Source of the DNA: Bacillota bacterium
Lineage (GTDB): Bacteria > Bacillota > Clostridia > Caldicoprobacterales > DTU083
Assembly: GCA_029777885.1 (NCBI GenBank)
Contig: JAKORJ010000193.1
Coordinates: forward strand, 1 to 56,908
Direction: 5' to 3'
Length of the DNA: 56,908 bases
Shown here: positions 1 through 7,054 of the stretch, one piece after another
Layout of the letters: each line of letters opens with the position of its first letter
Position numbering within the stretch: position 1 is the stretch's first letter
The notes under the pieces: generated by a model
Told to the model about the DNA's origin: nothing
What the model saw: only the letters and a program-made list of their open reading frames with translations
Database searches by the model: none
Translations under genes and position numbers: made by a program

Positions 1-159
1 AATGCTGTCCGTTAATTCTCTGCAGGAAGGGCATTCATGGATATCTCTTCTCACTTCAAAATGTACATGGATTATTGATCCGTCATCATCATTTTCTATA
101 TTTTTTATTATTCCGTCTTTGATTCCAAACAAACTTTGTATATAATTAGAATTAAGCAT
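1..159 (-). mobile_element. ISL3-family transposase, N-terminal fragment truncated by the window edge
   Basis: Minus-strand ATG at 159-157 lies 8 nt after CAGGAGG (revcomp of 168-174). The translation MLNSNYIQSLFGIKDGIIKNIENDDDGSIIHVHFEVRRDIHECPSCRELTDSI matches the typical ISL3 N-terminus (LxxLKD, then a CPxC zinc finger). It is under 60 aa, so it is absent from the ORF track. The terminal inverted repeat is not identifiable and should lie somewhere in AT-rich 160-~330. Confidence 0.7.
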
Positions 160-586
160 AAGCAAAACCTCCTGTGAATATTCTTGTTGGTTTATTTACT
201 CGGTAGGTTTTCGCTTATGCTTTTTATTTTTCCTGCTTTCTTACCCCAACATTTATTATAGAACCATTTTTTGTACGCCTCTCATGGGAGTAATTTTGTA
301 TATATTAGATCAGCCCAGGGCATGCTCCACACCTGTTTATACTGTCATGTGTCTTAATTTGAGGTATATTATATTAGCTGAATCAATTTTAGGGCACATG
401 CCTGAAAAAAGCCGGATTTTGCCTGGTCATAAATCACTGAATAACTATGAAGAAAGATAAATGTATCTTATAAAATTTGTTCAAAATATGCAAATCACAT
501 AGCTAATGCATGCATAAAATCATGCGGCCGGATGTCCTGTGAGCAATATACACAAATTGGGACAACACAAATCCAAACTATAAACA

Positions 587-616
587 TTGTAACCTTGTAC
601 TGCGATTGCTTATAAT
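587..616 (+). promoter_or_regulatory. Candidate sigma-A promoter for the first oxidoreductase gene
   Basis: TTGTAA (587-592), an 18-nt spacer, then TATAAT (611-616), about 35 nt upstream of the ATG at 652. Confidence 0.35.
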
Positions 617-651
617 GGTCATGTAGATTCTTATCGAAAGGAAGTTCAGAT

Positions 652-1713
652 ATGAAGAAAATAGGTGTAGCTATCATTGGCTGTGGTACTATTGCAAACA
701 ACGCCCATATCCCGGCATACTTGAAAAACCCGGAGGTGGAAATAGTCTATTTTTGCGATATCCGGCCCGAGCGGGCTGAAGAGGCAGTCCGCCGCTATGG
801 CGTGGGTGAAGCGGTTGTGGATTATCATGACATACTGCATAGCGACAAGGTAGATGCAGTATCGGTATGTACGCCGAACAATGTGCATGCCCAGATAACC
901 ATAGACTTTCTAAAGGCAGGAAAAGACGTGCTGTGCGAAAAGCCTGCAGCCCGCACATATGAAGATGCGCTTTTGATGCAAAAGGTCCGGCATGAGACAG
1001 GCAGGATACTCAATATCGGCGTATGCAACAGGTTCAACACCAGCGTCAACAAAATAAAGGATCTCATCGATAGCGGGGAGCTGGGAGAAATCTATCATGT
1101 TTATATAAGCTTCCGTGCCCACCGTTCGATCCCCGGGCTGGGCGGAGATTTTACGACGAAGGCAGTAGCCGGAGGCGGAGCGCTTATCGACTGGGGTGTG
1201 CACTTCCTGGACATAGTGATGTACTGCTGCGGGGATCCGAAACCGGTCACAGTTTCCGGCCAAGCATTCAGCAAGCTCGGCAGGGACATAAAGGGTTACA
1301 CCTATACCGATATGTGGGCCGGGCCGCCCAAGCTCGACGGCATATATGATGTAGATGACTCAGTCACTGCGCTTATAAGGACAGAAGGGCCGACGATCAC
1401 TCTGCACGGTGCATGGGCGCAGAACATCGGCACTGATGAAATGTACATAGATTTCATGGGCGACAAAGCCGGCATACGCCTGCAGTACGGCGCTGGATTC
1501 AAGATGTATACAGCTAAAGACGGGGCTCTGCTTGAAATAACCCCAAAATTTACGATGACCAACATGTATGAAAATGAAATAAACAGCTTTATAGAATGCA
1601 TAAAAACCAGGAACGATAATGTTGCATGCATAGATAATGCAGTAATCACTTCACAGATAATGCAGGCTATCTATGATTCCTCTGAAAAAGCTAGGGAAAT
1701 AGTATTGAAATAG
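652..1713 (+). CDS. Gfo/Idh/MocA-family NAD(P)-dependent oxidoreductase
   Basis: RBS AAAGGAAG. N-terminal Rossmann motif MKKIGVAIIGCGTIANN, the conserved VLCEKP motif, and a C-terminal GGGALIDWGVHFLD segment typical of the family. Confidence 0.85.
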   Translation: MKKIGVAIIGCGTIANNAHIPAYLKNPEVEIVYFCDIRPERAEEAVRRYGVGEAVVDYHDILHSDKVDAVSVCTPNNVHAQITIDFLKAGKDVLCEKPAARTYEDALLMQKVRHETGRILNIGVCNRFNTSVNKIKDLIDSGELGEIYHVYISFRAHRSIPGLGGDFTTKAVAGGGALIDWGVHFLDIVMYCCGDPKPVTVSGQAFSKLGRDIKGYTYTDMWAGPPKLDGIYDVDDSVTALIRTEGPTITLHGAWAQNIGTDEMYIDFMGDKAGIRLQYGAGFKMYTAKDGALLEITPKFTMTNMYENEINSFIECIKTRNDNVACIDNAVITSQIMQAIYDSSEKAREIVLK

Positions 1714-1762
1714 CTTGCCTGGCAGCATTCGATATAGCTTTGCGGAAAAGAGAGGTTGTCAC

Positions 1763-2602
1763 ATGAAAAAGATCGGATTGATAGATTATTACCTAGACCA
1801 GTATCATGCAGAAAACTATCCAAACTGGATCCAGGAAGCTTCAAAAGGCGAAATGCAGGTAGCATACGCCTGGGCTAAGATCGACAAGCCCGGTGGAAAG
1901 CCAAACAGCCAATGCTGCAAGGAAACCAATGTCGAGCTCTTGGATTCCATCGAGGAGGTCATTAAAAAGAGCGACTGCCTGATAGTGATGTCACCAGATA
2001 ACCCTGAGATGCATGAGGAGCTCTGCCGCCTGCCTCTGGCCAGCGGTAAGCCTACCTACATAGATAAAACATTTGCTCCTGACCGAGAAACCGCGCTTAG
2101 GATTATCCGTATGGCTGAAGAAGGGCATACGCCTTTCTTTTCGACATCAGCCCTGCGCTATGCCCGTGAATATGTGAATCTGGAGAAGGAAGGCATTGAG
2201 TTCATCAGCAGCCGCGGCCCCGGATCGTTCGACAATTATGCCATACATCAGATAGAACCGATCATCTGCCTAATGGGTCCTGATCTGGATAAGCTGATGT
2301 ATACAGGCGTTGGCAGCACTCCTGCTTTCGTGCTGCGCTATAAGGACGGGCGATGCGCTACGATGGCCCAGCTTGGCTGGGAATGCGATTTCGGCCTGGC
2401 CATCAATTACAGGGGCGATCATGCTGTCGTTATCCAGGGTGCTTCCGACTTTTATCATCAATTCATACTTAAGCTGGTTGAATTCTTTGATGACGGCATT
2501 CCAAAGGTTTCTCCGGAGGAAACCCTGCAGGTCATAACCATTCTTGAATACGGGAAACTGGCCATGACGACACCGGATACCTGGGTGAAGCTCCCCTTAT
2601 AA
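1763..2602 (+). CDS. Gfo/Idh/MocA-like protein lacking the glycine-rich dinucleotide-binding motif
   Basis: ATG at 1763 follows AAAAGAGAGG. It starts MKKIGLIDYYLDQYHAENYP, where the GxGxxG position is replaced, and has family-like GKPTYIDKTF in place of EKP. The track ORF starts earlier (1715) but has no RBS there. Confidence 0.55.
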   Translation: MKKIGLIDYYLDQYHAENYPNWIQEASKGEMQVAYAWAKIDKPGGKPNSQCCKETNVELLDSIEEVIKKSDCLIVMSPDNPEMHEELCRLPLASGKPTYIDKTFAPDRETALRIIRMAEEGHTPFFSTSALRYAREYVNLEKEGIEFISSRGPGSFDNYAIHQIEPIICLMGPDLDKLMYTGVGSTPAFVLRYKDGRCATMAQLGWECDFGLAINYRGDHAVVIQGASDFYHQFILKLVEFFDDGIPKVSPEETLQVITILEYGKLAMTTPDTWVKLPL

Positions 2603-2619
2603 AGAAAGAGGCTGATGCA

Positions 2620-3570
2620 ATGAAAAGGTCCGATGCGCTTGGCAAGTACTTTCATTTCGACAATGATTTCTGGGCCAGACCACTGAAATGCGGCTTTTTG
2701 GACATTTACCAGATAGGCGAGCTATGCTGTGAACCGGGATTCAAGGTTGAGGAGCACGAACAGAGCGTTTATGAGGTCACGTATGTGATATCCGGATGCG
2801 GTTATTCATATGTAAACGGGGACAAAATCAAGATCACCGAGGGGGATGTGATGGTAAACTCGGTGAACCATCGTCATGCAATCGAGGCGGATAAGTCCAG
2901 CATATTAAGATATACCTATATGGGATTTCGTTTCAACGGTGAGGCCCGTACTGATGACATAAGTCGGATAAAGGATTTCTATGACAGCGCACCCTATCAT
3001 TTGGCCAAGGACAAGAACGACATACTGTATCCCTTTATGCATTGCATCGATGAGCTCTACTCAAACAGGGCAAACAGCTTCCATATGATCCGCAGCTATT
3101 GTGAACAGATCGTGATCCTGGCAACCAGGGTTTCCGGGGCCGGATATCAGAAGCTGCCGGACCGGAGCATATACCCCGGGGCGGTTAATTCTGCTGTATA
3201 TTCCGTGATACGATATGTGGAAGACAATATATTCGATATCAAGGGCATACAGGAAATAGCGGATACCCTTGGTTACAACTATACATACCTGTCGCATTTT
3301 TTCAAGGACAAAACCGGCATCACCCTGCAGAAATATATCAGCTACAAGAAAATAGAAAGAGCATTGCAATTGCTGAAATACGGGGGAATAAGCGTAACAC
3401 AGATCAGTTCGCAGCTTGGCTATGAAAGTCCGCAATCCTTTTCGAAGGCATTCCGCCGTGTAATGGGTGTTTCTCCGACACAATACCTTGAATATGAACG
3501 CACTAAAGAGGATGGAGACTTTCATATGCCTCCGGATCCTCTTTATAACGTTAATAAAGTAAGGGGGTAA
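2620..3570 (+). CDS. AraC-family transcriptional regulator (cupin-like N-terminus, HTH C-terminus)
   Basis: The C-terminal AraC signature is IADTLGYNYTYLSHFFKDKTGITLQKY ... SQLGYESPQSFSKAFRRVMGVSPTQY. RBS AAAGAGG. Confidence 0.9.
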   Translation: MKRSDALGKYFHFDNDFWARPLKCGFLDIYQIGELCCEPGFKVEEHEQSVYEVTYVISGCGYSYVNGDKIKITEGDVMVNSVNHRHAIEADKSSILRYTYMGFRFNGEARTDDISRIKDFYDSAPYHLAKDKNDILYPFMHCIDELYSNRANSFHMIRSYCEQIVILATRVSGAGYQKLPDRSIYPGAVNSAVYSVIRYVEDNIFDIKGIQEIADTLGYNYTYLSHFFKDKTGITLQKYISYKKIERALQLLKYGGISVTQISSQLGYESPQSFSKAFRRVMGVSPTQYLEYERTKEDGDFHMPPDPLYNVNKVRG

Positions 3571-3575
3571 TCTCT

Positions 3576-5576
3576 GTGAGTAAAAAGCGTTTACTGGCAT
3601 TTGCCACGAGCCTGTTTCTAATGATTGCGCAAATGGCCGTACCTGTAGTAACAACTGCAACAGGAACGGAACTGGCAAATGTACGAAAACCTGTGTTGAC
3701 AGACGGTGCTCTCGTATATGAAGCGGAACTGCCTTCAGAGAGCGGCGAACAGTACTGGAGTTACAATGCGGATAACAACAACGGCCGGTTCCCATCGTAT
3801 AGCGGCAACGGGTACTTACAGATGTACGGTGGATATGTCCAGTATAATATCAATGTCCCCATAGCCGGCGAGTATTCCATCCATGTGTCCGGCGCAAACT
3901 TGGATCCGTCAGGACAGAAATGGGACAACATCTGGGTCAACAACGGTGAAGAAAGGTTCCTGTACCTGCCGGCTATGCCAGGGTGGCAGGATGTGCAGCC
4001 GTCGACTGCCGCCTGGGATGACAACACCTGGAGCTTTGTGTTTACACCCCAGACGTCATTTACCCTAAATGCCGGTGTAAATACGATCAGAATCGCTGTC
4101 CATGGCAGCGGCGGGTACCTGTACTATGATAAAATAGCGCTGGTACCTGCTGAAGGCTTTACTCCCGGTGAAGCCATATTTATAGAAATCGACGGACTGC
4201 CTGATACTGTTACTATCGACCTAAAAGCAAGGGTTATGGACCTGAAGCAGCGATATGACGCACTTTCACCAGATGAAAAGGCAAAGGTCACCAACTATGA
4301 TAAACTGGAAGCTGCCCTGAATACAATAGATGAGCTCGAAAATGGACCGGTTCAGCAGCCGGTGGCAAGCGGCAATGATCTGGTCTATGAGGTTGAGGTA
4401 TCCCTTCTGAATGGTGAGGCGTATCTAAATAGCACTGTCCCGGGCTTCAGCGGGACAGGATATGTGTATATCGCGTCCGGCAGCGTCACGATGCGGATCA
4501 ATGTGCCCACTGCCGGAAAATACAGGGTCTACGTATCATCAGCTAATGATAACAATGGGGCGCGCTGCGAATACCTGTCCATCAACGGAGGGGCAAACTG
4601 GCTGATAGCCACTCCTGATGCAGCAGTTCATACGTGGTTTGAGTCACAGCCGGGAACTGAAAACTGGGTCAGCGGTGTATTGCAACCCTTACCGCCAGCT
4701 GACGGGTTTGAATTCAACCAGGGCGTGAATACGATAACTATTAGCGCAAACTGGGGCTATGCCCTGTATGACAAAATAGTTCTGTCGCCTGTATCAAGCG
4801 GGGACGAGGGCGGATCTGATACAGAGTCGCCTGTTGAAAAGGTGGAGAACATGATCTCAGCTCTGCCCGATAAGGTCACATCAGATGACAGCAGCAATGT
4901 GATACTTGCTTACGCGGCATACCAGCAGCTGACCCAGGACGAAAAAGCCCAGGTATCAAATGTCCTGAAGCTGTTCATAGCAAGGGCAAGGATCAATGCC
5001 CTGGCCAGCGATCCTGGGGCCGCAGAAGGTGTCCTGCGTTATGAGCTGGAAGAGGGCATGCTGGAAGGAAATACGGCCTTTGTCCAGGAAAAAACGGTAT
5101 TTGACAGCTATGGCGGTACCGGATATGTATACCTCTTTGACCAGAAAATGACCCTGGATTTTTATGTGCCGGAAGCCGGTAATTACATTATATATATCGT
5201 ATCCGGCACTACCGAGGATAATGCGAAATGTGACTATGTATCCGTAAACGGCGGTGAAAAGCTTTTGGTTGCCACACCTGCCGGAAACGTGGGTAAATGG
5301 CTTGAATCACAGCCAGGCACGGAATACTGGGAAAACAATATGCTCAAGCCTGTTCCTCCGGCAAACGGATTCGCGCTCAAGGCCGGCAAGAACACGATCG
5401 AGATATCAGCAAACTGGGGCTATAATGCATATGATTCCATAATCGTTGTACCAATAAGCAACCCAGCTACCGGCGATAGCCAGGACGGGCTGGCAATGGC
5501 TGTCTTACTGGGCCTGGCAAGCATATCCATGCTTGTGTATATGGTCTTAAGGAAAACCGGATCAGTAAAGGCGTGA
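3576..5576 (+). CDS. Cell-wall-anchored surface protein made of three CBM-like modules, with no catalytic domain recognised
   Basis: GTG start 8 nt after AAGGGGG, followed by a signal peptide. Three ~140-aa modules (aa 46-191, 269-405, 487-626) share SGxGY, NGG and ANWGYxxYDxIxxxP motifs in a CBM6/35-like pattern. Helical linkers carry LSPDEKAKV and LTQDEKAQV. The C-terminus has NPATG, a hydrophobic stretch and an RK tail. Confidence 0.75.
   Translation: MSKKRLLAFATSLFLMIAQMAVPVVTTATGTELANVRKPVLTDGALVYEAELPSESGEQYWSYNADNNNGRFPSYSGNGYLQMYGGYVQYNINVPIAGEYSIHVSGANLDPSGQKWDNIWVNNGEERFLYLPAMPGWQDVQPSTAAWDDNTWSFVFTPQTSFTLNAGVNTIRIAVHGSGGYLYYDKIALVPAEGFTPGEAIFIEIDGLPDTVTIDLKARVMDLKQRYDALSPDEKAKVTNYDKLEAALNTIDELENGPVQQPVASGNDLVYEVEVSLLNGEAYLNSTVPGFSGTGYVYIASGSVTMRINVPTAGKYRVYVSSANDNNGARCEYLSINGGANWLIATPDAAVHTWFESQPGTENWVSGVLQPLPPADGFEFNQGVNTITISANWGYALYDKIVLSPVSSGDEGGSDTESPVEKVENMISALPDKVTSDDSSNVILAYAAYQQLTQDEKAQVSNVLKLFIARARINALASDPGAAEGVLRYELEEGMLEGNTAFVQEKTVFDSYGGTGYVYLFDQKMTLDFYVPEAGNYIIYIVSGTTEDNAKCDYVSVNGGEKLLVATPAGNVGKWLESQPGTEYWENNMLKPVPPANGFALKAGKNTIEISANWGYNAYDSIIVVPISNPATGDSQDGLAMAVLLGLASISMLVYMVLRKTGSVKA
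3711..5453 (+). repeat. Three tandem copies of a ~140-aa CBM-like coding module (3711-4148, 4380-4790, 5034-5453)
   Basis: The coordinates come from aligning the translated modules by eye. Copies 2 and 3 share ESQPGTE(N/Y)W, NTI(T/E)ISANWGY and (Y)D(K/S)I(V/I). Confidence 0.7.
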
Positions 5577-5615
5577 CAAGGAGAATATCCATAATAATAG
5601 AGTAATTTGAAAGCA

Positions 5616-5655
5616 AGGCTTTACCGTACTTGATATCCACGGTACGGTAAAGCCT
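5616..5655 (+). terminator. Strong intra-operon hairpin (partial terminator or mRNA-stabilising stem-loop)
   Basis: A perfect 14-bp stem, AGGCTTTACCGTAC (5616-5629) with GTACGGTAAAGCCT (5642-5655), and a 12-nt loop. It is followed only by a weak U-tract (CTTCC). Confidence 0.5.
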
Positions 5656-5677
5656 CTTCCAATATAGGGGGCTGAAC

Positions 5678-7054
5678 ATGGCTAAGAAAACTAAAATCAT
5701 TGCTGCGATATGCATCCTCCTGGCTATATTGACAGTTGCAACGGTATTTGCTATATATCGTCGCACCAGGACCGGGCAGCCAGAAGAGACACCGGGTCCT
5801 GAAACGCCCGGACCGACAGAAACGCCTGATCTTGGCCTATATACAGGCTATGATGCCGTAGTGGTCACAAAGGACACACCGGAGGCGGTGCTTGAAGAAC
5901 TGGCAGGATACGGAATAGAGCCTATCATGTATGAAAAGGGGATGCAGCTTATAGGGCCCGGCGGCATCATACCAGTTCCCAAGTCCGCTGCAGGCTTTAG
6001 CATATACCTGTGCGAGGGCACCTATTCCGCGGAAATGGCCGGCTTTATAAGCTTTAGCAAGCCCTATGCATTGAAAATAACGGGAGCAGCCGCCGACAAG
6101 ACGATCATCGCAGGGGGCAGCCGGATACGCACCAGCAATGCTGCAGCAATTGACATAAGCGGTACTCCGGTATCCCCGGCTAAGGGTATCGTAATAGAAA
6201 ACCTTACCATAAAGGGCTTCGAGTACGGAATAAGGGTAAACTGCGGTGACAGCATGACCCTGCAGGGGCTGAACATTACTGAAAACCGTTTCATAGGTGT
6301 ACAGCTTTCCAATACTGTGAACAGCACTATTAAAGACAGCGAAATAAGCCTGAACGGTGATCCAACAGGCACCGATACCGGCTATGGCCTGTCATTATTG
6401 CTTGGCAGCAAGGACAACACCGTAACCGGAGTGGTATATAAAAACAATGCGAACAGGAATGCCGTAGATTTTCTTGAGCGCGGAGCGATGGACCTGCCGG
6501 AAGGGAACAGCATTTCAATGGAAATGGTCTATGATATTGAACGTAAGGACGTACCGGTCACAGATCCCTTTGAGGAAGCACAAAATGCCAAGCCCTCCGA
6601 CAAAGCGATTCGTTTTGAGCTGGAGGATGCGATCCTGGATAATATAGGCGCTGTCGTGACCACCAATACCGAAAAGGTAGAGAAGTATTCAGGAAAGGGC
6701 TTTGTCTTTCTTTTCAATACGAAGATCACTCTCAAGGTAAACCTGAAGGAAGCAGGACGCTACAGGGTATTCGTCGCAGGCACATCTGATGACGGCAACA
6801 ACAAATGCGATATAGTCCAGGTCAACGGTGGTGGAAAATACTACACATCCTACCTGGGCAAGAACAAGGGGAAATGGCAGCTCAGCCAGCCAGGTACTGA
6901 ATACTGGGAAAACGATGAGCTGCATCCGATAGCGCTTGTAGACGGGTTTGAATTCAAGGCCGGTGAGAATGTGATAGAAATAATAGCAAACTGGGGTTAT
7001 TGTTGCTATGACTACATCATCCTCGACCCGATATCTAAGGGGGATAGCCAATGA
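5678..7054 (+). CDS. Membrane-anchored parallel beta-helix protein with a C-terminal CBM-like module (candidate polysaccharide lyase or hydrolase)
   Basis: N-terminal TM anchor IIAAICILLAILTVATVFAIY and a PETPGPETPGPTETP linker. PbH1-like repeats NLTIKGFEYGIRV, LQGLNITENRFIGVQL and NSTIKDSEISLNG. A fourth copy of the CBM-like module spans aa 311-451 (SQPGTEYWEN, ANWGYCCYDYIILDP). Confidence 0.65.
   Translation: MAKKTKIIAAICILLAILTVATVFAIYRRTRTGQPEETPGPETPGPTETPDLGLYTGYDAVVVTKDTPEAVLEELAGYGIEPIMYEKGMQLIGPGGIIPVPKSAAGFSIYLCEGTYSAEMAGFISFSKPYALKITGAAADKTIIAGGSRIRTSNAAAIDISGTPVSPAKGIVIENLTIKGFEYGIRVNCGDSMTLQGLNITENRFIGVQLSNTVNSTIKDSEISLNGDPTGTDTGYGLSLLLGSKDNTVTGVVYKNNANRNAVDFLERGAMDLPEGNSISMEMVYDIERKDVPVTDPFEEAQNAKPSDKAIRFELEDAILDNIGAVVTTNTEKVEKYSGKGFVFLFNTKITLKVNLKEAGRYRVFVAGTSDDGNNKCDIVQVNGGGKYYTSYLGKNKGKWQLSQPGTEYWENDELHPIALVDGFEFKAGENVIEIIANWGYCCYDYIILDPISKGDSQ
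6608..7030 (+). repeat. Fourth copy of the CBM-like module, located in the beta-helix protein
   Basis: It shares the SQPGTEYWEN and ANWGY..YD.I.L.P motifs with copies at 4380-4790 and 5034-5453. Confidence 0.65.

Noticed and set aside
3061-3795. 244-aa minus-strand ORF
   Set aside because: It is antisense to the AraC regulator and to the start of the CBM scaffold gene. It spans a plus-strand gene junction with no independent signals.
5612-5623. The 12-mer AAGGCTTTACCG recurs at 26401-26412, raising the possibility of a REP-like element
   Set aside because: A single 12-nt coincidence is expected by chance in a 57-kb window. The flanking sequences and hairpin partners differ.
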